Source: a virus (lineage: Duplodnaviria; Caudoviricetes). From it: DNA of 64,000 bases. The stretch lies in the IMG/VR virus record IMGVR_UViG_3300031555_010858, positions 64,001-128,000 of that record. One strand, given 5' to 3'. The translations under genes and the position numbers were made by a program. The stretch's first letter is position 1; every line of letters starts with the position of its first letter. The notes under the pieces are model-generated. The model did no database searches, was not told the origin of the DNA, and saw only the letters and a program-made list of their open reading frames with translations. This document shows positions 19,001-26,323 of the stretch, piece by piece.

Positions 19001-20641
19001 TTAGGTGCTGAAAACTTAGTTAACCTTGGTATGAATACAGAAGATAACCAACCTTGGTCAACTGCTAGGTATCCAAATGAAGGTTTCTTCCAAGCTACTA
19101 GTATAACAGGTTATCATGAAACATTCTTAAATACTGTACCTAAAGTACAAATAGTAGCAGGAATGTTTAGAAACTGTAAATCATTAGTGGACTGTCACTA
19201 CTATGAAGGATCTAACGTATTAACACGTGGAAATAGTGTTTGTGAAGATTTATTTATAAATAACAAACTTATTTATGATATGGGTTGTTTCTTTGAAGGA
19301 TGTAGTAAAATTGAAGGACATATTCCTAAAGGTTTATTTAAAAATTCAGCTCAGTTATTACAAACTGTTTCATATATGTTTAGTGGTTGTGCTGCTCTTT
19401 CAGGAGTTAATATAGATGTTAGAAATGGTGAAGACCCACAAACTGGTATAAGTAATGAATGGTTTAAAAATTGTGGAAGTTTAACATCGGTTTCAGCATT
19501 TATAAATGGTTGTGAAACTTTCACTGGTACTATACCAGAAGATTTATTTGTAGATTGTGTTAACTTACAACAAGCACAATACTTCATGCAAAATTGTAAA
19601 ATGGTTTCTGGAGGAATACCATTATTATTATTCGATACTTGTAGAAAAACATTAACTAATACAACAGGTATGTTTGCTGGTTGTGAATCTATCGATGAAG
19701 AATTACCAACTGGTGAATATGAAACTGTGCAAGGTATAACATCATATAAACTAGTAACAGCGGATACTGAAGGTGCGTTACGTGTTGTAGAATTTATGAA
19801 CGATCCATTTACAGAAGTTGCTTATTCGGACGTTGTTAACTTATCTCCTAACTTAGCTACTATAATTAATGCTAGTGGTAACTATTATGTTATAGCTGAA
19901 ATAGGTGATGCTATAAAAGTTAATCAATTAGGATTATTGGCGGAATGTTTAGAACTTACTAGTATTTCTAACATGTTTAATAAATGTATAAAAATGCCAG
20001 GTGGAATACCACATGACTTATTATTTACAGAAAATCAATCTCGTAAATATACTAAACTTACAAATATTTCAGGATTATTTAAAGATTGTCAAGCTATAAA
20101 TAAAGGTTATATTGAAGAGGAGACAGGTATAACTTATATTTGTAATCCTGTATTATTTGAAAAATGTACAGCACTAACAGATTGTAGTTCTGTATTTAAT
20201 AGAATGTATAAAGTTCCTACTAACTGTCAAGTACATCCTAGAACATTTGATAAACAAGCTAAAGTTACTACTGTTTATGAATTATTTATGGGTACACCAG
20301 TTACAGGTGCTGTATCTCCATTATTATTTGGAAACTCAATAAACACTATTACAGATGCAAGAAAAATGTTCGCATTTACTAATATGACGAGTGTTGGAGC
20401 GACATTCTTAAATGGTGGAGGTCAAAATAAAAAATTAAGAATGGTTTATGGTATATTCTATAGATGTGCTAATCTTGAAGGTACATCTCCTGAATTCTGG
20501 AACGGAGCTAAATTTACAGCATTACAAGGAGATCAAAATGGTTTCTGGGGTGCATTACATCAATGTACTAAAGTAACTAACTATAATGCAGCTAAAGCTG
20601 TATCTGAAGATTGGATTAAACAACAACAAATTTACTTATAG
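13064..20641 (+). CDS. Giant putative virion/tail protein: LamG-like, CotH-type kinase and LRR/BspA-like repeats
   Basis: Tail-type N-terminal motif (PTEGTYLTGD...WICNEGGTPGVW); LamG-like EWVHITLV...VYINGV; CotH-like QGTSSLQYPVKNY, TLKCDY, DNCGKN, PRPYDMDT; C-terminal LRR and MFxxC repeats. Late promoter at 13010-13021. Confidence 0.75.
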   Translation: MSENNKKNKLISDKNNTYFTENRIMRGSSIPTEGTYLTGDMIINDSATSVDEPIWICNEGGTPGVWSSVSSTSTTIVPNYRDMLKSKANVGSIFYIISDESDDDNPGFYIVTSVKEDENGKKVPATWDKINKKESSIPTLSYDASMPEGTKIYLKDDEELIIKFNFMSNTYGDGKYRVYRDGSLVKAWNGAKGSVIANLGRITTDGSYTITVTATDYLTIPAPETLTFKVIVGGLKLTSTFEETLLTAIYEEGDSVEFPYIASLADASANMKLNIGIVNVETGETVAETTEVLEGTYMESVWTSTGIPKRGLYRLHAQAYTGESVNDTTEGVFTSNKLEYVFRVLEENEIAIIDEAKDQQVDTNMYFSIPFRVISKIADYFVMTGELYKDNLGSWELVAKTADAGISSRVNITNYWSVGKLEEGTYRYILKAYTVDRLVETKEPAIKVMTVVTSTYQKVPYIDNPNLIAYFDANAKRNNDGSPDVWQNSSRHTGDKYRILLHGLNYSSNGWKHIDETLTDEDDGEMMLKFTGESYGELVQMVNGEPRPYSPFSIFSMGGQQGFTLETAIRTRNIGELNARVMTCMKADSIGDPGVAISYDTMAIGSNLQVNKLQFVEDEWVHITLVVDNNVRTFDHVGQAMIEDANPTKTLRVYINGVLCSCTTLSEKDEFLDGSKQAYPLILNACRMINAAGEISFENFGECEIKFIRIYNSFLKSSEVLQNYISHIYDSEEQQKKNDKNNLEIASLPTIVFKRKGGEEFKGNAKFATLHSIKDKKESKKTFVDCVMEYDDGEGNIIVFDNVDVYLQGTSSLQYPVKNYKIKTWVDQEKTSKFKFAPPNAPDWVEDSCYTLKCDYMEQSHKNNTPTARFYNQVIDELGGMSPAKKDGYHDAIDGFPCIVYYNEGEASSENVLVGSFMFNIDKEGKELGFECDLYDDHGDVIGSGKDSCISYEATANANDTAGCFYKLEDSIKNVYKYYLDDSYEEYLKEYGLTPEKCTMDQFKAGIADGTISYLTFEEFVADYDEIDYIMDDFEARYTFNEDDEKATYRPMVDLVNWVSDSIKAGTFKKDFEAHLDLTYTLAYYLQMQMFTQVDNCGKNSMWDTWDGVKFYPRPYDMDTQMGLSNTGTEIIRVDAEILDDMSPTNAEGTFAGSSHIDETTDLRYMNYNTTSSKLWNAFAEEFKDEIKKAYNQLRSSGVYSYENITRSIWADTDDVIGEIYFNKDAASKYLSQVTEKDSTYLQMLHGNRAQKYKKFLKERLIFLDTIFDYKESGSLNTEIGLRSDAAYGQGEGTTVRCYLGISTYSPQYVTVSIGSGADGKVTAYVGPESRYKDPDTGIEHEGTLFSFPIRGVNKEMAITGAGNIKRINRLQSLNLTEARIEHATKILELDFSYSNRMNGLKVGNNIYLRNLNCTNSYLLGTATESQSLDLSNCKNLKTVDIAYTAFTGIVFPRDTVLNSINLTGSSIKNISIDGAEFLDDIRITGCDNINKFELNRCNRIETVDVAGSTIQNFTVTNCTKVKDVNLSECKSIAGFDVTNSYNIETLNMKGNTSPVMRDLKLYSMYNLKKLIVSQTTSAHTIRLPKYLNEIEAIKAANGESALPWDTLEHLDLSNSSVTKIQYGSEDVKDEVIDMIQLTNLSFLSFDSATSLTEIRDIQFTGNLQRLFYACKNLTKISGELTNANNSISNLFASCYLLSDIDGLDFNFVGVTNASYMFDRCFRAKTPMIKKLLDACGGTLTDITGMCHMYSEDQLVGILGTSEDTTTEIPADLFSENRNLQNAYHAFDITGYTSVHGDLFNPCADTINNLSYTFSRMPNLTTVGPNLLHNKPKLNTVSSIFASSHKLTHYIDEYPNIFIGSPNITSTFAMFSGCYTLASGEEGLGEMMYPLVNLTNCAYMFFDCYQNLTCEIPNGFLSKNTKLTKMNGMFQRCRKIPTVPESLFRVNIGDTNKLPNLTKAVGVFAECNAMEGIVSSRFFLGAENLVNLGMNTEDNQPWSTARYPNEGFFQATSITGYHETFLNTVPKVQIVAGMFRNCKSLVDCHYYEGSNVLTRGNSVCEDLFINNKLIYDMGCFFEGCSKIEGHIPKGLFKNSAQLLQTVSYMFSGCAALSGVNIDVRNGEDPQTGISNEWFKNCGSLTSVSAFINGCETFTGTIPEDLFVDCVNLQQAQYFMQNCKMVSGGIPLLLFDTCRKTLTNTTGMFAGCESIDEELPTGEYETVQGITSYKLVTADTEGALRVVEFMNDPFTEVAYSDVVNLSPNLATIINASGNYYVIAEIGDAIKVNQLGLLAECLELTSISNMFNKCIKMPGGIPHDLLFTENQSRKYTKLTNISGLFKDCQAINKGYIEEETGITYICNPVLFEKCTALTDCSSVFNRMYKVPTNCQVHPRTFDKQAKVTTVYELFMGTPVTGAVSPLLFGNSINTITDARKMFAFTNMTSVGATFLNGGGQNKKLRMVYGIFYRCANLEGTSPEFWNGAKFTALQGDQNGFWGALHQCTKVTNYNAAKAVSEDWIKQQQIYL

Positions 20642-20648
20642 AATTTTT

Positions 20649-20687
20649 AAAATACATAGAGGACTTTTCCTCTATGTATTTTCTTTT
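20649..20687 (+). terminator. Intrinsic terminator
   Basis: AAAATACATAGAGGA/TCCTCTATGTATTTT plus T-run. Confidence 0.8.
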
Positions 20688-20688
20688 A

Positions 20689-20727
20689 TGTAAAACATGT
20701 ATTTTTCAATTATATATTATATCGAGG
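20689..20727 (+). promoter_or_regulatory. Putative early promoter
   Basis: TGTAA-AACATGTATT-TTTCAATTATATATTAT, same spacing as the other copies. Confidence 0.7.
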
Positions 20728-20755
20728 AATACAAGAAAATAAGGAGGTTGGTAAT

Positions 20756-20992
20756 ATGAAAAAATCTACATTAATAACAATTGCTGATATAGTAAATAAC
20801 ATTGATAACTCTGCAAGAGATTTATATGAAATGTTGGATTTATTAAACGTAACAGAAAATGAGAAAGAAAGAATAACTGATGCAATTATGATTACAGCAG
20901 AAAAAATAGCACAATTAAGACGTGCTAAAATAAGTGAATTAGATGAGTTTGTAGATGTTAATTATATAGAAACACATATTAATAGATATTAG
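20756..20992 (+). CDS. Hypothetical early protein
   Basis: RBS AAGGAGG, 78 aa. Confidence 0.75.
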   Translation: MKKSTLITIADIVNNIDNSARDLYEMLDLLNVTENEKERITDAIMITAEKIAQLRRAKISELDEFVDVNYIETHINRY

Positions 20993-20998
20993 GAGGTA

Positions 20999-21520
20999 AT
21001 GTATATGGAACAAGAATATTGTATAATATATGGATATAACAATGTTGATCCTGGTCCATTTATAATTGGTGTAACTAAAGATCAAAATATGATAAATGGA
21101 TTTAGAGAAGAACATTACCATTTCTGTAAGGGTGGAGAAATAATGGTTGACAGCTTTTATGATAATTTAGCAAGTGATTATGAAATACAATATTTGGCAG
21201 GACATTATCTAACTCCTATGATGATAACAAAATTTATGGAATATCTAACATCACAATATAATCAATTATTTATGTATTTTGATAATATTGAAAGAGATTT
21301 AGATAATCTGAGATTTAGTGAATATGAATATGAAATATTAGATGATGGGTTTGGTTTATTAAGAGAACATTTAGGGGAATTAATGTATACAGTAAATACA
21401 TTAAATATATATGGTGAAGCGGACGTAATAGAAGATTCGGTTTATGGTGCAATATTAAACATACCATTATGTTTAGAAAGATTCTTAGCATCATATCAAC
21501 CAGAAGCAGGATTATATTAA
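20999..21520 (+). CDS. Hypothetical early protein (likely start 21005)
   Basis: RBS AGGAGG; followed by a terminator hairpin at 21521-21550. Confidence 0.75.
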   Translation: MYMEQEYCIIYGYNNVDPGPFIIGVTKDQNMINGFREEHYHFCKGGEIMVDSFYDNLASDYEIQYLAGHYLTPMMITKFMEYLTSQYNQLFMYFDNIERDLDNLRFSEYEYEILDDGFGLLREHLGELMYTVNTLNIYGEADVIEDSVYGAILNIPLCLERFLASYQPEAGLY

Positions 21521-21583
21521 GGATATAACCTTCAGGTTATATCTTTTTTTCTTATCTACAATTTTATAAAGGAGAGTGATACA

Positions 21584-22279
21584 ATGAGATTGGTACCAAA
21601 ACAAATAGAAAGTTATAAGAATGATAGACTTATAGAGGAAGTTGATATTTCTAAGATCCCTGATGTTGATATGATATATAATATAGCTTCTGAGAAAGAT
21701 AAGATTAAAACTGTTAAGACATGTGAAAGAATGATACGTTCTAGTTTAGAGTATAAAGATTACATTAAGTTTCTTAAAGATTATATTGATATGACTAAAT
21801 GTAGTTTCTTTGGAAATTCTAAGATGGATCATTATAGTAAGTTTAAAGTAGAAATTCATCATTCGCCATTTACATTATATGATATAACTATGACGGTTCT
21901 TCTTAAACACATGGATTATTATGGGGAAATTAATCTATTTGAAATATGTGAAGAAGTTATGAAATTACATTATCAATGTAGAGTTGGGTTAATACCTTTA
22001 TCAACAACAGTTCATAAGTTAGTACATGAGGGAATGTTATTTATACCTGTTCAAAATGTTAGAGGAGATTGGTTATTATTCTATAAAGAATATGAACCTT
22101 ATATGCCTCAAGATATGAAAGACAAGTTAAAGAATATAGTAAAATTCTCTAAAGAATGTCAAGATTATTCTCTATTGGAAACTAAATATACATATATTGA
22201 TGTAGATGGTTTCAGACCTTTATCTTTAATAGGACAGGAAGAATTTATGAAGAAGATTGTTACAGATCCAAAAAAATAA
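21584..22279 (+). CDS. HNH-like/His-rich jumbo-phage protein, paralog of 33419-34093
   Basis: RSSLEYKDYIKFLK...C...VEIHHSPFTLYDI...PLSTTVHKLVH; promoter TACA-N6-TA at 21557. Confidence 0.6.
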   Translation: MRLVPKQIESYKNDRLIEEVDISKIPDVDMIYNIASEKDKIKTVKTCERMIRSSLEYKDYIKFLKDYIDMTKCSFFGNSKMDHYSKFKVEIHHSPFTLYDITMTVLLKHMDYYGEINLFEICEEVMKLHYQCRVGLIPLSTTVHKLVHEGMLFIPVQNVRGDWLLFYKEYEPYMPQDMKDKLKNIVKFSKECQDYSLLETKYTYIDVDGFRPLSLIGQEEFMKKIVTDPKK

Positions 22280-22322
22280 GAAAAATAAAACAAATATTTA
22301 AAACAAGGAAGGAGTGTAAAAG

Positions 22323-22649
22323 ATGGAAAACGAAATAAGATATTATCCGTATAATATGATAGGTGAACTAGTGAACGCTGATACTGAAAGTGTAACCAAT
22401 ATGTTAAAATCTATGGGTATATTGGCAATAGAAGAAAATCCTAATACTACTGTTAAATTAGGAAAACTCTGTGTTAATATAAAATTTAGAGCTAGGGAAA
22501 GAGAATTATACGCATTATATTTTAGGGAGAGATTTATTTTTAAACGTGGTAGACAACATTTCATTTTTGAAATAACTGATGAGTTCGTTGAATTTGTTAA
22601 AGATAAAATCGAGAAAGAGGGGTGCTTATATAATGTACAATTTAAATAA
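22323..22649 (+). CDS. Hypothetical protein, possibly DNA-binding
   Basis: RBS AAGGAG; late-type promoter at 22289-22300. Confidence 0.7.
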   Translation: MENEIRYYPYNMIGELVNADTESVTNMLKSMGILAIEENPNTTVKLGKLCVNIKFRARERELYALYFRERFIFKRGRQHFIFEITDEFVEFVKDKIEKEGCLYNVQFK

Positions 22650-23133
22650 TAAATACTGTACATTGGAAATTCTATTAAATGAACTTTATTGTTTATTTGA
22701 AGTAGATTCTCCTGTGTTTATCGATGACCTTGGCTATAAATGGTATGAATTAGTTAACGTTCTTAGGATATTACAAATAGATGAAGAAGAGTATATAAAT
22801 GGATGTTATCTAATGACTATTGAGGATGACACTTTTATATCAGAAGAGGGTATAAATATATTACTGTTAGATTATGACAATGAATATAGAGATGAAATAA
22901 TGAACTATTTAACACTAGATGTTATGCCAGATATTAAATCAGATTTAATGTACTTAGGTTATGACCTAATAGAAAGTGTTAAAAATATTTCATTAAAAAC
23001 GATGAGTGAAAATAATAATGAATTTAATGCAGCTGCAAAAATGAATAATTATGTTTCGAAAAAAACACATAGAATTTCAAAAAGAGACGATATGAGAAAT
23101 GAAACTAAAAATAAAAAGAGACATAAACGTTAA
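22633..23133 (+). CDS. Bro-N-like protein (divergent)
   Basis: Start moved to 22633 (RBS GAGGGG); W.ELVNVLRIL and FISEEGINILL resemble Bro-N motifs. Confidence 0.45.
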   Translation: MYNLNNKYCTLEILLNELYCLFEVDSPVFIDDLGYKWYELVNVLRILQIDEEEYINGCYLMTIEDDTFISEEGINILLLDYDNEYRDEIMNYLTLDVMPDIKSDLMYLGYDLIESVKNISLKTMSENNNEFNAAAKMNNYVSKKTHRISKRDDMRNETKNKKRHKR

Positions 23134-23162
23134 TGAAATTTTATCCAACATAACAATTATGT

Positions 23163-23438
23163 AGGGAGAAGAATAAAAGTGGAGGGTACGGGAGTATGTG
23201 TATATACTACATTATATATATGCTCGCTAGATTGCATCTCGCCACCGAGGCTTAGTAGGTTTATTCTCAACTAATCACACTTTTGGCTAATAGTGTGGTG
23301 TACCGTATACTGATGTAGGAGTGAGCGGTATTTGTTAATAGTGTTACTTATCAATAGTGGATAAGGTAAGATAGCATTATTAACTAAATAAAATATGTGT
23401 ATATAGTGAATTCATATCACTATATACACATATTTTTT
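23163..23438 (+). ncRNA. Candidate ~275-nt multi-stem structured RNA
   Basis: Late-type promoter at 23152-23163. At least five stems, several with plus-strand G:U pairs. 20-bp terminator stem at 23390-23436. No ORF. Confidence 0.65.
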
Positions 23439-23552
23439 CCGTACTGTTTAATTAAATAAAAAATATATTTTATCAAATTTTATTGGAGGTAAAATTCTAA
23501 TGATCCCAGAGAGATCTTAGAGTAGTCCTATGACTACTTATAGATATGTTTG

Positions 23553-23591
23553 TGTAAATTGGTGTTATTTTGATTATATATTATAATAGTG
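23553..23591 (+). promoter_or_regulatory. Putative early promoter
   Basis: TGTAA-ATTGGTGTTA-TTTTGATTATATATTAT-AATAGTG. Confidence 0.7.
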
Positions 23592-23615
23592 AATAAATAT
23601 AAGGAGGTATTTAAT

Positions 23616-24179
23616 ATGAATAATTCTATTTATGTTGTAACTGATGGCAGTTCTATAAGTGCTAATAATTCTAAAGGATTTGATGCAGCTGCTGCATATG
23701 TTATATATGTAAATGGTAAAATAGTTCATAAAGAATCTATCTTGTTAAGAAACCATACGAATAATTATGCTGAAATGTACGCTATATATAAAGGAACTAA
23801 ATATGTATTAGAAAACATGGTTGAGATACATGATTGCAATAATGTCGTAATTATAACTGATTCACAATTATGCGAAAAATCGTTAAATGAATGGATGAAA
23901 GGTTGGTTAAAGAAAGCAACTGACGAAACTCTTATGAGTACAACAGGAGAAGTAAAGAACCAAGAATTAATTAAATCTGCATATATAAATATATTATCAT
24001 TACAATTGTTTATTCCAGTTTATATATGCCATATTAATTCACATAATAACGAAAGTAAAATACTTCATATGCATAAGAAATTCATAGACAAATATTTTGA
24101 TATAGATTTAGAAACATTTAAAATGATATTCGAAGGTAATCAAATAGTTGATAAAATGGCTTATGAAAAATTAAATTAG
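23616..24179 (+). CDS. rnhA: Ribonuclease HI
   Basis: Catalytic motifs TDGS, TNNYAEM, ITDSQ, HINSH, GNQIVDKMA; start moved to 23616 by RBS. Confidence 0.88.
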   Translation: MNNSIYVVTDGSSISANNSKGFDAAAAYVIYVNGKIVHKESILLRNHTNNYAEMYAIYKGTKYVLENMVEIHDCNNVVIITDSQLCEKSLNEWMKGWLKKATDETLMSTTGEVKNQELIKSAYINILSLQLFIPVYICHINSHNNESKILHMHKKFIDKYFDIDLETFKMIFEGNQIVDKMAYEKLN

Positions 24180-24220
24180 ATATAACAAAAATATATGAAT
24201 AAAAAATAGGAGGTAGATTT

Positions 24221-24970
24221 ATGAGAAAATCAGTAGATCATTTAGGAGAAGAGTCTTTTAATAAGAAGGGAACTGTCATGAAAATAATAGAATATATTAA
24301 TAATAGAAAAGTGTTAGTTGAATTTCAAGATGAATACAAATATCAAACTTATACAAATTATCAAGCATTTATAAAAGGAGAAGTTAAAAATGTTTATGAC
24401 AAATCTGTATATGGAGTAGGGTATATAGGTGAAGGACAGTATTCACATAAAACCCATCCTCATAGTTATAATGTATGGAAACATATGATAGCTCGTTGTT
24501 ATGATAAAGTAACTGCAACATCAAATCCTTCATATATCAATTGTTATGTATCTGATGATTGGCTTTGTTTTCAAAATTTCGCAAGTTGGTTCGATGAAAA
24601 TTATTATGAAATACCAGGCGAAATTATGCATTTGGATAAAGATATTTTAATTAAAGGTAATTTACAATATTCATCTGAAACGTGTACATTCGTACCACAA
24701 AGGATAAATAGTTTATTTACAAAAAATGATATGCGTCGAGGTAATTTACCTATCGGTTGTTATTATCATGGTAAAAGTATATATGTATCATGTAATACAC
24801 TCGATGGTAGAGTCCAATTAGGTAGATATGATACGACAATAAAAGCTTTTGAGGCTTATAAAATGTTTAAAGAAAAATATATTCAAAAAGTTGCAGATGA
24901 ATATAGAGATATTATACCAAACAATCTTTATGAGGCTATGTATAATTATAAAGTTGAAATTAATGATTAG
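24221..24970 (+). CDS. Free-standing HNH-type homing endonuclease
   Basis: VYGVGYIG, WKHMIARCY, W..FQNFASW, LDKDIL..GN..YSSETC.FVP..IN, AP2-like C-terminus (LGRYDT...AF.AY). Confidence 0.8.
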   Translation: MRKSVDHLGEESFNKKGTVMKIIEYINNRKVLVEFQDEYKYQTYTNYQAFIKGEVKNVYDKSVYGVGYIGEGQYSHKTHPHSYNVWKHMIARCYDKVTATSNPSYINCYVSDDWLCFQNFASWFDENYYEIPGEIMHLDKDILIKGNLQYSSETCTFVPQRINSLFTKNDMRRGNLPIGCYYHGKSIYVSCNTLDGRVQLGRYDTTIKAFEAYKMFKEKYIQKVADEYRDIIPNNLYEAMYNYKVEIND

Positions 24971-24983
24971 GAGGTAATAAAAT

Positions 24984-26195
24984 ATGAATAGAAGAATTAA
25001 TGTTAACGATTATTATATGAACATTTGTGTTCAAGTTAGTTTAAGAAGTACATGTATGAGAAGAAAAGTTGGTGCAGTTATAGTTAAAGATAATAGAATT
25101 TTATCAACAGGATATAATGGAGCTCCTAGTGGGCTTCCTAATTGTATAGATAATTGTAATAGATGTTATAGAAGTGCACATAACATACCATCAGGACAAA
25201 TGCTTGATATGTGTTATGCTGTACACGCTGAACAGAATGCAATAATGAACGCATTAAAAACGGGAGAGGATTTAAGAGGAGCTGTTCTATATGTAAACAC
25301 GTATCCTTGTGTTACATGTTTTAAATTAACAGTTCAATCAGGAATTAAAGAAATATATTATATTGACGAATATGAAAACGAGTTTACAAAACAAATGGCT
25401 AAAGAAGCAGGTGTTAAATTAGTTAAATTAGACGGTTCTATATACAGAACTCCAGTAGGTTCGAGTGCTATATCAGATGATGATATGGATGCTATAGATC
25501 CGTTAGTAGCACAAATTTATAAATACACACCTGGAACAGAACAGTTTAAAATAAACAGAGATTTAGTATTTAGACAAAATGGATTATATGAAAGATATGA
25601 TGAAATGATATATTATACAGATTTCAAATTACCTTGTGAAATTCTTCCAGTAACAGATAAATTATACACACGAATAAACTTATTTAAAGCTAATAGAAAT
25701 ACGCTAGAATATAATGGAGATGATGTAAAACAGTTAGTAATCGGAGCTGTTGTATATGATGTTCATAAAAATGAATTAATAGTTTTAAAATGTAAGGGAG
25801 AGAGATTCAAAGGTAAATTTACAATGATCCAAGGACATATGGCTGTAGATAAAAGAGATACATCTAGATCAAGATTAAAAACGATAATGAATAGAAATTT
25901 AAAGAAAGAAGTAACTGAAGAGTTAACATTAAAAGTTGAAGATATAATAGAAATAGAACCTATGTATTTAATTCAATCTAACGATAATAAAGTTAGTTCT
26001 GAACATATGGGTGTTATATCTTTAATAAAAATAGATACAAGTATGTTAGAATATAAAATAGAAAGTGGTGAACCTGAAAAACACGATATTGCTCATTTAA
26101 CAAAATATGATTTAGGAAATATGGAATTAATGGGTAGATATGATACATGGTTAAAGAAAGTTATAATAAAAATGAAAGAAGATGGTAAAATGTAA
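24984..26195 (+). CDS. dCMP deaminase fused to a C-terminal Nudix-like domain
   Basis: STC.RRKVGA, TGYNG, HAEQNA, PCVTC; C-terminal QGHM...RNLKKEVTEEL Nudix-box-like motif and SEHMG. Confidence 0.82.
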   Translation: MNRRINVNDYYMNICVQVSLRSTCMRRKVGAVIVKDNRILSTGYNGAPSGLPNCIDNCNRCYRSAHNIPSGQMLDMCYAVHAEQNAIMNALKTGEDLRGAVLYVNTYPCVTCFKLTVQSGIKEIYYIDEYENEFTKQMAKEAGVKLVKLDGSIYRTPVGSSAISDDDMDAIDPLVAQIYKYTPGTEQFKINRDLVFRQNGLYERYDEMIYYTDFKLPCEILPVTDKLYTRINLFKANRNTLEYNGDDVKQLVIGAVVYDVHKNELIVLKCKGERFKGKFTMIQGHMAVDKRDTSRSRLKTIMNRNLKKEVTEELTLKVEDIIEIEPMYLIQSNDNKVSSEHMGVISLIKIDTSMLEYKIESGEPEKHDIAHLTKYDLGNMELMGRYDTWLKKVIIKMKEDGKM

Positions 26196-26251
26196 AACTT
26201 AATAAATATGAAGAGGATTGTATGATCCTTTTCATATTTTTTTTACCCTGC

Positions 26252-26290
26252 TGTAAAAAGGTATAATTTCAATTATATATTATAAAAGTG
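26252..26290 (+). promoter_or_regulatory. Putative early promoter
   Basis: TGTAA-AAAGGTATAA-TTTCAATTATATATTAT-AAAAGTG. Confidence 0.75.
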
Positions 26291-26323
26291 ATTAATAAAA
26301 TAAAAATAAATAGGAGGTAACTT

